Origin: Paraspadella gotoi
Taxonomy: Eukaryota > Animalia > Chaetognatha
Assembly: GCA_051294375.1 (NCBI GenBank)
Contig: CM119268.1
Span: forward strand, 1,757,486 to 1,821,485
Direction of reading: 5' to 3'
DNA: 64,000 bases
Below, piece after piece: positions 40,701 to 57,245 of the stretch. Position numbers and translations under genes: made by a program. Under the pieces are notes generated by a model. It ran no database searches. It saw only the letters and a list, made by a program, of their open reading frames with translations, and was not told the origin of the DNA. Position 1 is the stretch's first letter. Each line of letters opens with the position of its first letter.

Positions 40701-43700
40701 TGAATATCGGATCCAATGATAGTATTCATAGTAATACTCAGTTACTCACCCGTGACATTTTGAATGTAGCATGTAATAATAGCTTATGTTATAAGAAATC
40801 TTTTCGGTTACCTCTGCGTGTGGGTTCGCAGTTTAATGAGGAAGTGGATGAGGAAGAATCGTCGATATAAGTCAATCGACCAACATTAAAATGTGAAACA
40901 CCTTTAAGTAAAAGAACAACTACGTATTTATATTTTTCTGGCGGTTACTCTATTCGCTTGAGTGCCTTACTTATAGGTTCAGTTGCGATGTCCTTTTCCA
41001 CATCTCTGAGAGCAATATCACTCATCCCTTTAGAAGATTTAATTTTTTTTTTAAATGACTGTTGGACTAAGATGAAATATTAACCCTTAGCTTACCATTA
41101 AGATGTTTTTCCAGTAATGACTTTCTCGTTTTTTGTAATGGAATTGAGATCGATTGTGTTGAGGCCTTGTTACACTTTCGTTTGTTTTTGTGATGAAAGA
41201 AGATTAGTAAGATGAAAAATAAAAGCAGCAATGAAAAAGCTGAAAAAGTAAAAAATAAAAGATAAAACATTAACTTTCAAAACTTTATAGCAAATTTAGT
41301 TTCTTGCCTGGAAAGACAGAAATTGCAATCGCGCTGTATTTTTGCTTCATCTTATCTTGATAATAGGTGAACATATTTGAGGGAAAATGATCGCCATATC
41401 GGCCGCCCAATTTTTTGGGACCTTTGATTATTATACGAACCTGGATGCGGTTTATTTTTTAGTAAAACTTGTATTAGGATATAAATAGTAAAGATATAGT
41501 AGGTATAATGTATATTTGGCGCTTTATTCCTTGTTTAAAATACCATTTTGTTTGTCGTTTGATTAACTCCATTTTCAGCATTGCAAACAACAATTTTTTC
41601 GTTTTCTGATTTCAAACATATTGTTAATGTAGAGCGAACAGTTTCTCGCGCATACATCGAACCAAAGAAAGCAGAAGAGAACGTCCTTGAATTTTGAATA
41701 CATTTTTTAGGGACCGGACACGGTTCTCTGAAAAAAAGTTTGTAACTGCGTTACAACAAGATGTATGAAATTTATTACAAATACACGAAAGTAATATTCA
41801 TTTAAAAAAAAGATGTTATAAGTTTAAGAGGTTTATTATTATTAACTGCGTAATAGCTCAATTTTGCCTCACCTTTTACAATTCGCTTCGTCTATAATTT
41901 GCCACGATAGTATTTGATCGGGAGTAGCTTCAGAAATACATATAAATCTTAAAATATTTCCTCCTTCTAATTCAATTGTCCTAAATTAAATATTACCCTT
42001 TTACCAGTTCATTACGTCGAAAATCTTTTAACCTACGTAAAATTTTTGGCATCATGTTGAACGCTATTGTTGACACTCAACGTTAAGGAAGAGATTCGAG
42101 GTGGTCGAATTACGATTAATTCGTGTCTAAGTCGCGCACCATTTGAAGTTTCACAAATATATTTTCCACTGTGCTTTGGCGCTACATTATCAAGATTCAT
42201 TACTCTGAATTCGAGGAAACAAAGTTAAACCCGTGGAATTGGTTTCGGTTTTTATTCAGAATACCTGTAGTTATCTTCGAATGAAATCCTATGAGACTTG
42301 GACTTGTTGGCTTGACCATGTTGTCGAAGAATGACGCCGGATGTTTCGTTAAATCTAAGAAGAGGTGAACTGTCCGGTCGTTTCCACACCACTGAGTTTG
42401 TACCGAGGTGGGTGACGTCGCACCGGAACTGAACGCGAGATCCCGGCGTCACCCGTCTGCTGATTGGTGAAGTCAAGAAGCAGGGCGTATCTTGAAAAAA
42501 TAAAGATTAACTTATTTTTTTGAGGGATTAAGTCGTTCTGGGTGATGAGAGATTTGCCGTCAGCTTTCCTAATATGGGGAAGGGGGAAATTTAATGAAAA
42601 TGTTTATTTTGTAAAGTAGATTAAATTAAATCAAATTGTATTTATTTATTGTATGTACGTATATTATTCATATGAATTATGCATGTATTACTACGCATAA
42701 TTCGAACAATCCGTAAAATCTTATCTTTTTAACTTACTAGTGACAGATTCGTTGCTTGGAGACAATGTGCACAAATTAAAAGAAGAAAACTGATGACTTT
42801 TTTTCGTTAAAAGGACGAGAATCAGAAATATATTCCTTTCAAATTCCATTATGCCTTTTCGGTGTTTGAAACTTCAAATTTACTCGAAAGAATTTCCAGA
42901 AAGTAGTTTTGAATTTTTCGGAAACCAGTTAAAAATGAAGAGGATTCATAAAAAAAAAGATATTAGAAATTAAAAACACAATGTAATTAGGTTCCATACG
43001 TTTGATATTTATTAGTAATGGGGTTTAACTTTTTAGATATGTTTTCCATCAAGCTATTCATACAGTTGAGTAGTATTTATAAAGTGAGTTTAGGAAAGCA
43101 AATTATGTTAATAGATTCATGAGAAATTTGGTTATCCATTGCATAATAAAGATGCTGGGGCTGTATAATTGTATGAATTTGTGTTTTTCGATTTAAATTA
43201 CCTTTTAAGTATGAGCAAATAGTTGTATCGAGATATCAAATAGTTTCTTATATAAAATGGAAAGTGCTTCGTTTAAAATATTTTAGTGAAATTTTCTACG
43301 GGAAACCCCCAAAGTTTTTGTGGGTGACTTCTCCCCACAAGAAGAGATTCTCGAGTTCGTCGTTAAAAAGTTATGTTTTGAGGGAAAGTCACGTGATCCT
43401 AGAGAAACTCGCCTCGTTTATTCTTCCTGGAGAGATAAAAATTTGTGTTTTATCTCCNNNNNNNNNNTCCACTCTAATATACATTATACATAGCCATAGG
43501 ATAATTATTTTAAATAAGAATATATTTAAATTTTGTTTTTGATTTTTTCAATAAACCGTCATCCCTCACATCTCAGTCCCTCCGCTACGCATACTTCCAA
43601 ACTGGTCAAAAGTTGGGTACGGCAACGGCGGCCGGCGTCGTCGCAACCGGCGGTGCCGCCAAGGGACCTTTCAACGACCTCGATCCGGAAGACGGAGGAA

Positions 43701-44321
43701 GGAAGGGCAGCTCAACCATGGAGCCGTCCTTACTGGCGGTCAGAGGTTAGCAGAATAAAAAAACTTGTAGTTTTTCAGAGAATTTATTTTGGCAAGGTTG
43801 TTAAAGAAGACATTAGTCTGCGAAATATTGTTCATTCAAATACTGAATAAACCTTTTCATTTCGAAAACCGAGTATTTTTATCGTCGCAAACGCAAAGCG
43901 ATTTTTCTGTGGTTTTTGCACATAAGTGGCGTCGTCGTCATTGTTGTCGTCGGCGTTCCAAATCATAGATCGCCTTTTTCATGATTAAATTTGGGTGTAT
44001 GAAGCTGAAAATTTATATACAGCTTCTCATCATCGAGGTCATTGAAATATGTAATTATTAAATAAGTTATTAAATATGTTTTGTTTACGTTTTATCAAAA
44101 CAAACAAATTTCCTCATTTTATTTTTAAGTCTCCTCTCTCTCTTTTCTCTTTTAATTATATCTATCTATCTATCTATCTATCTTTCTCTCTTTTCCCCAG
44201 TTCTGATTCATCGGGAAAAAAACGAGTCTGCAGCTGGCTCTGCAGGGGCTCTTTATAGCTCTGCTCCTTCTGCTGTTGTCTCAGCTGCTGCCGCTGCTGA
44301 TTCGTCCGAAAACGATTTGAC

Positions 44322-44352
<31 letters not shown>

Positions 44353-44360
44353 TCTCTCTC

Positions 44361-44413
<53 letters not shown>

Positions 44414-47400
44414 AATCGGGTTTTTTTTTATTTCGTTCTTTCCTTTCTATTTTCTTTCCTTTTCTATTCTTTCTTTCCTTTCTTCCTTTTTATTCTTTCT
44501 TTCCTTTCTATTCTTTCTTTCCTTTCTATTATTTCTTTATTTTATTCTTATCTTTCTCTTTTTATTTCTTTTCTTTCTTCTTTCTATTCTTTCTTTACCT
44601 TTTCTATTCTTTCTTTCCTTTCTATCATTCTTTCTTTCCTTTCTATTCATTCTTTCTTTCCTTTCTATTTTTTCTTTATATTTAATATTTATTCTTTTCG
44701 TCTTTTTCTTTCTGTTTATAAATTTTTTTTTTTTCTAAAATTGATTTTTTTTTTTTTTTTTTTTTTTCAATCCAGATTTTCTTATGCGATTGCGACGATC
44801 CTATTGCTTTTTAAGAATTTTTTTTTTAATTTTTTTGTTGGAGAGCTTATGAGTCGTGATTCTTTTATTTCCCCCTCGCCTTATTTTTATTGTTTCAGGG
44901 GCCGTCGATGTCAACATTGTTCCGGTAAAGAATGGCGCGGAGAAAGGTTATGGATCCTTTTCGAGAGGTCAGACTTTTATTTCACAGGATACGATGAAGA
45001 AATAAATTATTTATTCTTCATATCTGAGGCTTTCGTTTCTAGAACCCAAGACGGAACCGACCGACAAATTTCCCTGGGCACCATCGGGAGGTCTGGTGGG
45101 TGCGAAAAGCCCCCTAGTGGAAAGAAATGAAAACAATGTACGCATCAACGGCGGAAACGATTCCGCAACGAAGTCTAATCGGCAAAAGGTGAGTTGGAAG
45201 GCAATTGTCTCACTCTCCATCTAGCATCTTTATTTAACTTTTTTTCTGACTTACAGAGCGGGCGCAGAGTAGTGGGTGACTCGCTCACAACGCTCTTGGA
45301 CGAATCCGACCGAATGATCGGTAGGAGGAACGACGGCGGACAATACGCCCGCAAAGAATCCGGGCGTGGCCCTCGTCAAAACGGAAGCGACGATCGAGGA
45401 ACAACGGTGAGTCCCAAGTCCCGATTCGCGGTTCCCTATAGAAGTTAAGTTAAATCGCATTTTATTCTTTTCTTCTTTCAGGATGGGACGTCTAGTCGGG
45501 AGCCGTCGGGAACCAAAACTAATTGGCGTCGTCGCTGGGGGCAAAACGTCAAACTTTACGATTCCATTTCAGATTTAGATGGAATTGATTCCACAGGTTT
45601 GAATCGCGACTCAATCCAAACAACTGATTTAAATAATCGGACGGAATTACATTTTTTTTTTCTTTTTTTGCTGTATTTAGAATCGGCGTCGAACCGTAAC
45701 GCTAATGCTCGACGGTTATCGAACGAGGGCCGCGACGCCGGGGACCACGTCGGCCGACCGCAGCAGCAGCAGCAAACGCAGCATCAACTACCACAACACA
45801 AGCGACAACAGCACCAGAGCGTCAATTCGGGAAACGGTCGTGTCGGCGGCAGAGGGCGTTGGGCGGTCGGCTTGCACGACGACAGCTTGGAGATGGCCTT
45901 CGGCAGCATGGGCAGTGGTCAAAGCACCGGCGACAGAGGGGAACAGGTGAAAGAAAGTCATCAAAGAATTTTATTAGTCGCAGGATGGCTTAATTGTTTG
46001 TTTTTTTTTTTGGTTTTTTTTTCGTTTTTTTTTTGCGTCCAACAGGGTCGGGAAAACATTTCGAAGTTGATCTCGGGTGGAGGGCAACGTTCGGGCCTCT
46101 CCGGGAACGGAACTGCCAAACTGCATTACATGAGCACCGCCAGATACGTTCCCGGTAAATGTGATCAGATTTATTTTTACCTTTTGGTATGTATGTACTA
46201 GAACAGCGGTAATATTGCTCGCAAACTCGGGTTGGTTTTAAAGGCGTAAACCCGTTGAAAGTTTCGTCGGACAATCGATCGCGTCGAGGGTCAAAGTCTT
46301 GCCCTCGGGATGTTGCGTCTCATCTCCCGGGCACCGACCCAGTTACTCAGCGGAAATACTTTCATCCCAATTCCCTAGTTTCTCTCCCCTCCAACAATAC
46401 GAATCCGATCGCGGTCAAGATTTCGGATGGGTTGAATGTCGATCCCAGCAGTTCTAGCACGATAAGAAAGTCCAAAGAAAAGTGGCAAGGTTTTTTTCTT
46501 CCCGATACGTTTCTTTTGCCCTTGATTGTGCAATGCATTAAAAAGTATATTTTGAGTTTTAAAAGCGTTTACTGCTATTGATAAATAATCACTATGTAGA
46601 AATCGGAAACGTGGTTTAAATTTCCCACAGATCCCTGTGATCCGAGAGATCTTTTCGATTCTTTTTCGATAAGCCTTAACCAAGAATTGCAAGGTTTTTT
46701 TTTTAGTTGTCCTCGTCTCTCAATTGAAGCTTTTTTTTTTTTTTTTGCACAATTTTTATCTATTCTTTGTTACGATTTCTTTAATTGTTTTAACCCATTT
46801 TCTTTCATCACTTTTCCCTCTCGCCCTTCAATTTCAGGTTCAACTTCGAGCGGCCAATACAAGCCGCTGGGCGCCGACTCGAGAAGCAGCGGCGTCGGGT
46901 CCGGATTCGGTTCCGGTTTGGGATCCGGAATTTCCAAAGCCTCTGGAGTCGGCACCGGCTGGGGCAGTCGAAATCTGCTAGGGGCTAAGGTTGAAATTAT
47001 TAGGGGGGTGGGGAACATCAGTTTAGCCGGAGACAAGTTTATGACTAACACCACAATTTATTAATAGGAACCCGCTTTGACGGTCAAAGGCGGCGCCTCT
47101 TCTGTCTCGGCGCCGGCCGGATCCACTTCCGGATTCGGCGGCTCGTATCGCCCTTCCGTCGCCAGTGCAGCCTCCGCGTCCGGTCGGACCGATTGGGCAG
47201 CCAAGTGAGGACATTGGACCTTATTTATTTAGTCCTTTTATTAAAAAAGGATGTAAAATTAAAATTGAAGAGATAGTTTAAGTGTAATGAGTTAAAAATA
47301 GAACACTTATGGGCAGTCCCTGAGCTTCGGATCATGCTGTAACACCAAGTTAAAGGCAGGTTAAGCGCCCCGTCCCTCTTAACTGCTAGGCGGCCACCGG

Positions 47401-47541
47401 GCTAGAACTCCGCTCCTTGGGGTTAGGAAGCGAATGACTTGCCTCCTGCGCCAATGGCCGCTGATGAACGGTTGGTGAATTTCAGTCCACCATAAAACCT
47501 TATAATCTTTTGCTGTTTTCAGGTATCTTCGCCAAACATGA
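37777..47541 (+). CDS. MAK: MAK/ICK(CILK1)-family ciliary Ser/Thr kinase, multi-exon
   Basis: [13 protein letters not shown]; [10 protein letters not shown]; [27 protein letters not shown] (TDY motif); C-terminal GRTDWAAK|YLRQT*. Confidence 0.92.
40650..42849 (-). CDS. Nested antisense type-I membrane protein with two Ig domains (inside a MAK intron; 3' end approximate)
   Basis: Signal exon 42738-42849. Ig1: [29 protein letters not shown]. Ig2: [33 protein letters not shown] segment [23 protein letters not shown] followed by HHKNKRK. Splice phases are consistent. Confidence 0.8.
44320..44700. repeat. (CT)n and (TTTC/TTCT)n low-complexity tract
   Basis: Seen directly. Confidence 0.85.
47313..47386 (-). 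ncRNA. P5-type twister ribozyme candidate B
   Basis: Minus strand: GCAGU-uaag-AGG-GA-CGGG-gcgcu-UAA-CCU-GC-[P3 cuuuaac..guuacag]-c-AUGA-UCCG-AA-GC-UCAG-gg-ACUGC. Confidence 0.72.
47392..47459 (-). mobile_element. tRNA-derived (SINE-like) head directly upstream of twister B
   Basis: Minus strand: GGCCAT-TGGCGCAGGAGG (A-box-like)..GAGTTCTAGCCC (B-box-like)-GGTGGCC, with an acceptor-like stem GGCCA/TGGCC. Confidence 0.55.
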
Positions 47542-48388
47542 TGGCGACGAAGGAAGCATAAGCCGTAGCCCCAATCTCTAGTCATTCTCCATCTGAAGCA
47601 GCAGCCATATAACCGAGTTCCTTTTTTTTTTCTTTTCAATCTCTTTCTTTCAAGCTTTCTCTCTGCAGCTTTCAGCGTCCCGTTATTCATAAATAACTTA
47701 CTCGAAAGAATGTTAATCCCTTGCCTGTTAAGTTTGAAAAGATTTGAATGAAATCTAATTTCATGAAGATGATTAAAACTAGGAGGATGCTTTATTCAAA
47801 AAAATAAGTTTTAACAAAACTGTTTTGTTTTTTCCGAGTTGTTTTAAAGGGGAAACTCCCTTTATTCCTCAACCATGAATATTGTTATTTATTTTCGTAT
47901 TTACTAACCAGTTTAGCAGTTTTATTTTTTTTTTTGCCAAATTTTTTTTTGTCAAAATCTACGTTTGACTGTTTTTTATTGTAAATACACTAATAGCCTC
48001 ACCAAAAAAAAGAAAAAACAATTAAAGAACTAATCAAAGTTAGTATAGCGCAAAAGAGCTAGCCATTATACTCGTCATTTATATAAATCCCAAAATGACA
48101 TGAATTGAATGTAGTATTTATGCAATCTTTCGTTAAAGAAAAAGTATAAACTTTCTGAAAGTAAGTTTCAAACTTTTAAGTTGGGATTTGTTCCTTTGTT
48201 TTTGTTGGATAGAGAAGAAGAGAGTTCGTTCACGTCTGGAACAGAGAGAACAGTCGGAGGCGAAGATCCGAACCCGAGTCCCGAGAGAACAACCAATTTC
48301 CCGGCCAAAACAAACGTGGTTTTTTTTTCTGCATATTAATAATAATAATTAATAATTTATTATACACCAATTCTCCCCTTAAGTTGCT

Positions 48389-48628
48389 TATGAAATTGGT
48401 ACAACCAAATATAACAATTATCCAATATCCATTCATTTAAAATTAGCCAAATAAGCTATTTCCCCTGTCTTTGAACAGGCTTTGATGCTTAAGCCTCCAT
48501 AGCAGGTCCCTGCGAGATTTCAATCAAGACACACACAGTCTCGTTTATTTCACTCCCAGAGTACCTGGCTTCCCTATCAGTGAAGCGGTATGTTTCAAAG
48601 AATGTTTCAATTGTATGAAAAGACCACT
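48389..48628 (-). repeat. Dispersed ~240-bp element (copy 2), twister part disrupted
   Basis: Homologous to 19439-19693. It lacks the P5/P2' segment and has substitutions in loop L4. Confidence 0.85.
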
Positions 48629-48959
48629 CCCTAAAGTATTGTACTCCTTATATATCCTTATACTGATATATATACTTCCTTATTCTGATCACGGGTGAGG
48701 ATCAATTAAGTTGCGACCAAATTGGCCAAATCTGTTTTAGCCAATCCGGGAAAACTATTACACTTCTCAACTAGAATTTGAGAGTGAGTGAGACATGCAG
48801 TGCCGTAGGGGGGGGAGTGTAGGGTGTTGGCAATGGGAGATGGACATTTTAAAAGATGAAAGAAAAGGTAGCAAACTGATTGTCAATGAAACCGCCCTTC
48901 ACGATTATTCCAACTTTTTTCTCTGAAATAGAAAAAAAAAAGTAAATCTTTTTTGGAAA

Positions 48960-50939
48960 ATGTCTATCGAGGCGCAGGCGTCGACGAAGACTTGGGAGTT
49001 GTCCCTCTACGAACTTAATCGAACTCCTCAAGAGGCCTTGACCGACAACACGGAAATCGCCGTGTCCCCTCGCTCCCTCCACTCGGAACTCATGTGCCCC
49101 ATTTGTCTCGACATGCTCAAGCACACCATGACGACCAAGGAATGTCTCCACAGGTTCGGCGGGGGAGGGGAGGTGGCAGTCTTTTGAAAAGGCCCTTCGA
49201 TGAGAGATTTCAAATAAAACTGTTTTTTTTCCCTCAGATTCTGTCACGACTGCATCATCACTGCGCTTCGATCGGGCAACAAGGAGTGCCCGACCTGTCG
49301 CAAGAAGCTGGTCTCCAAGCGGTCGCTCCGGCCCGACCCCAACTTCGACGCTCTCATCGCCAAGATTTATCCCAGTCGGGACGAGTACGAAGCCCATCAG
49401 GAGCGAGTACTCGCCAAGCTTAACAAGCACATCGCGGGAGACGGCGTCAAGCCTCAGGTTTTTGAAAATCAAAAGGGCGCTTCACACATTTCTCTCACAA
49501 TCGTCAAATCGATAATTTTCCTCTTCCCTATGACGAACCGCAGAAGAAGAAGAACGCGCCGACGGGCGTGCCGGAAGAGCCGACGGGCGTGCCGGAAGAG
49601 CCGACGGGCGTGCCGGAAGAGCCTACGGAAGGAGAAGTTCCGGCGGAAGCGGTCGAACCGTCTTCGGTTCCGGCGAATCCCGAGGGCGCCGCCCAGACAG
49701 ACGTCGACAGTGCCTTTAGGGTGCGGCCTAGAAATATTCTATTACTTTTTTATCTCGCCAGACGGGTGAATGCCTGATTGGGCGAGATGTTAATTGGTTT
49801 CTGTCGTCGTCGTCGTCACGCTGTTTTAACATTAAAAATAGCTCAAGTGTATAACCATAGGAAGCTGAAAATTAAGATATGGCTCTTCATCAATTACTCA
49901 ATCAATCAATTATTATTATATCAATCAATTATCATTATTTCAATCAATCAATTATTATTATTTCAATCAATCAATTATTATTACATCAATCATTCAGTTT
50001 TTTTTCCGGATTTTTTCATTAATTTTCTTTGATAATAACATCTGACGAGATCACTATACCTTTAAGATTTTTTGCTCTTTATTACTATTAACTAAATTAT
50101 CGTTTTGTAGGGTTTGTCGCTGTCAGCTTCACAGCCCGGTCCTTCGGGAGCGTCGAGGGCCAAAACGAAAAGTGATTCTATGGATGTCGACGCAGATGAT
50201 TACAGGTTTAATAAAAGACCGTTGCAGAGTAGATTATCTTTCTCGTTGCTAATACTTTCTATGTATTTCATATTTATTCATTAGCTTCGATGTTTTTCGA
50301 CTATTTATTTACTTATCAACAAATTTGTTCCTTTATTTCAGTGAAGTGGGATCTCCAGAGTCGACTGTCTCGGCCGGTGAGGTCGAGCTTATCTTCCGTC
50401 CTCACCCTGATGACGTTGAGAAAGTGAAGAGAAACAGCGGCGTCGCCGTGGAGCGGGACGGCAAGGACGGCGTCGGCGCGAGACCAGAAACCGCGGATCG
50501 ATACATCAGAACCACCGGTAGGTTTATTGTTCTTAGTGCCATTTCAATTAACCCGTTAACCCCGTTTTCTCGTTGCCAGGCAACGCGACGGTGGATCATC
50601 TCTCCAAATATTTAGCGATGCGCATCGCTTTGGATCGAAAGGCGATCGAAAAGTCGGAGAACGACTCTGGAGGAGAGTCTTTCCCCGAAGTTGGAGCGGG
50701 TAGGCTGCAGATCTTAAATGGGTTGCCGATCTTTGAAGAATCTTAATGTTACTGTTTTGATTATTTTTGTGATGCTTGCGTATCTGACAGAGCCTCAAAA
50801 TTACACGATTTCCATATCCTCCCCGGAAAACTCCGCGTCGCAAACCGTTCTTAGCGGGAACTGGACTTTGGAGCAAGTTCACGAAAAGTATTGGAAGAGC
50901 AACAGACCTTTGGAAATGTTTTACAAGATCGATTCTTGA
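48960..50939 (+). CDS. RNF2: Polycomb PRC1 E3 ligase RING1/RNF2 (Sce)
   Basis: [78 protein letters not shown]; RAWUL domain [43 protein letters not shown]. Confidence 0.95.
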
Positions 50940-51196
50940 ATCTCCCTCTGCCCACTTCTTAAACGTTTTATGATTTTTTTTACACGTCTTTGTTTGACTC
51001 GTTCGCGAATTTAAATTAACCCTTGTTTGATTGACTTTTGTCATATTTTTTTTTTACCATTCATCCACCCATACTTATTTACACGTAGGTTAATGAATAT
51101 TTTTCTCTATGATGCGAGTTCACTAATACATACATGTAATGTAAACAACCCTTCTCTCGGTCCCCGTCCCCGCGTTAAAAAGTATTTCGATTTACG

Positions 51197-54722
<3,526 letters not shown>

Positions 54723-54865
54723 CGGAGTAGAATCGAACGAGCGGAGAAAGGACGAGTCGTAGTTTGACTGATAAGAACGGTTCGTCGGTTATGAATCTTT
54801 TAACGGAATTCCTTTGTTATATTTAAATACATCGTGTTATAATTTAAAAGAGAAAAAAAAAAACT

Positions 54866-57245
54866 ATGAACTGCGTCACTTATTTATTTCGACCGACTCG
54901 ATACTTGGAGAGAGAGACTCGATCTGAAAAGAAGTTAATTAACTTTTGGACTCATTTTTGGAGAGAAAAAGATCGACTTCGACGAATTCCGGCTTCGAAG
55001 ATGTCGAATTCAGAGTCTCCCCACCGTCGAAGAATGCTTCGTCCTCTTCGTCGCGGCAAAAGGAGAAGACGGGCGCGAGTAAACATTCGGGATCGATCCT
55101 CATCCCGCCTCTTGTCAAGCAAATAACCAAGAGGCGCGAGGAAGCGTCAAGGACCTTGCTCTTGGCTCCCAGTGAATGAGGGATCGGGATAGGGAAATAA
55201 TTAACGGAGTGATGTAATTATCCAAGTTTTTTTTCCTTCGAAAGGTATTAGCGAGGGGGAAAATCCTTGCCCTCGCTACATGCGCCATAAGATCGAGCGA
55301 TTGGTTGGCGGCAGCGTTCGTAATGTTTGCCTCACTTCCATTGTCTCCGCGTCCAAGACCGACATCTATGGCGCTCCCGTCGTGACCAAGGACAATACTA
55401 GAAAGAACCTCTTGGTAGAATTCGCCGATCAACAACAGATGGAGATATTTACTTCGAAGAGAGTCGGGCAATTCTCCGTCGAGAAAATTAGCTACAGGTT
55501 GACGCCTTGTTTGCTGGTGTTGTTATGAAGATTTTGACACAAATTTTGAGTCATCGAAAAAAAACCAACTTATACCTTTTAGCCGACGCTTAATCTACGT
55601 CAAGACGCGCTGGTCTCAAGCGGATCGTCCGAAAATTCCGACTCCGTTAAAGAAGCATCTCAACTCGTGTGTCGACCTTTCGTCGCAGATGAAGACGCTG
55701 ACGAGGGAGACTGAGTTGGACGACGCCGGCGTGAGGACGCGATTCTTCCTTTGCGACATCATCGAACGACTGCTGGAGGTGAGGAAATCCACGTAAAAAA
55801 TTTTGAAAGGTTGGTCGGGTGTTGGCCCAAATTACCTCATGCTTTACTTTTTTTTCAAAGGGAATTTTTCCCGGATCTCGCATCATTCCATTCGGATCCA
55901 CCATCAGCAATTTGGGACGGACCGACTCGGACATGGATGTTGTTCTTTCCTGTGACAACAAAAACGGTGGCCTGAAGGTGAAAACAATATGATTGTTTAG
56001 TATCTAGTATTGCCTATTTTCCAAATTACTAGATAAATGAAATAAAAATTAAACGAAAACTGGGATATTTCGTGATTTCAGAAACCCGAGTTTTGCTTCT
56101 TGAGCAACCGCTCCGATGATTTGGAGAGTCTCGATGAACGCAGCAAGGTGGGACGACAATTGCGGCTGATCAGTGACATCGTCCAAACCGCATTGCCAGG
56201 CGTCATCGGTATGAACCGAATACTCAATGCCCGGATACCTATCATAACATTTAAGTGAGTTTACCTAACTAAGACTCTCTTGGGTACCCTCACGTTGACC
56301 TGTTTTTGTTTTGTTTTGTTTTTATTTTTTTCAGGCATGTCTACACCAATATCTGTTGCGACATGTCCGTACAGTCTCAAGATTGCCTCATTGCCGCGGA
56401 ATTATTCCACGCTTACACGCATTTGGACCCGCGAGTTCGTCCCTTCCTTTTTACCCTTCGTCGTTGGGCCATTTCACAGGGCATTTCGAACTGGCTCACG
56501 AACTTTCCTCTTACTTGCTTGGGGTTGTTTTATCTGATGCAGCGGCGAATTGTGCCCCCGATGAGCGAGGTGTTAATTTGGGGCAATATAGGTGAGGTTT
56601 TCCGGCTTCGTCCGATGGGGATCACATTGATAATAATTGTCAAGAAATAATTCAGACGGCGCTATCGGAGTGGTCGATCGAATTCGGTGGGCAACCTCAA
56701 CGTCAGTCTCTCTTCAAGACCTTTTGACGGACTTCTTTAAATTTTACCAAAATTTCGATTTTAAAAACAAGGCCGTAAGCCCATTCACTGGTAAAACCGG
56801 GGAAAAACTCTCCATAGATGACGTGGAAGTGGAGAATCCTCTTAACAGGTAAGTTACACTGCAGTCAGGTTTAGTCGGCGAAATACAAAAAATTAGAAGT
56901 CATAAAAAATAGTTAAGTCTGTTTCTCCTTACTATTTCCAGGGAGTTAAATTGCGCCAAACTGATTTCGCAGCAGAATTCGTTCAAATGTTTTACCATGG
57001 TCATTTCCCGTTCTCACGATTGCCTCTCTCAAAATCCGACGAGACGAAGCGACGACGGCGAAGACTGGGGCTTGACGTTGTTGACCGAGAAATTCGCGGA
57101 ATTTGAAAAAGAGCGGGATTCCGATGACGCGAGCGAAATTGCAGAAAACTCCCAGCCGACGAATAACGTGGCAATGGAAAGCGTTTTGAGCAATGTCTTT
57201 ACCGAAGAATCTAAACTCGATAGTGATAATTTAATAAGACTTTGA
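54866..57245 (+). CDS. MTPAP: Mitochondrial poly(A) polymerase (5' frame uncertain)
   Basis: RREEASRTLLL; IIPFGSTISNLGRTDSDMDVVL (GS..DxD); ILNARIPIITF; LDPRVRPFLFTLRRWA; LLTDFFKFYQNFDF; VENPLNRELN; EDWGLTLL. Confidence 0.85.

Noticed and set aside
47415-47430. CCTAACCCC on the minus strand, resembling a telomerase RNA template
   Set aside because: It falls in the anticodon-like arm of the tRNA-derived head. I saw no telomerase pseudoknot, CR4/5 or H/ACA features.
54866-54960. Apparent frame change at the MTPAP 5' end as a programmed frameshift
   Set aside because: A sequencing indel or an unrecognised start or splice is simpler, given other indels in this assembly.
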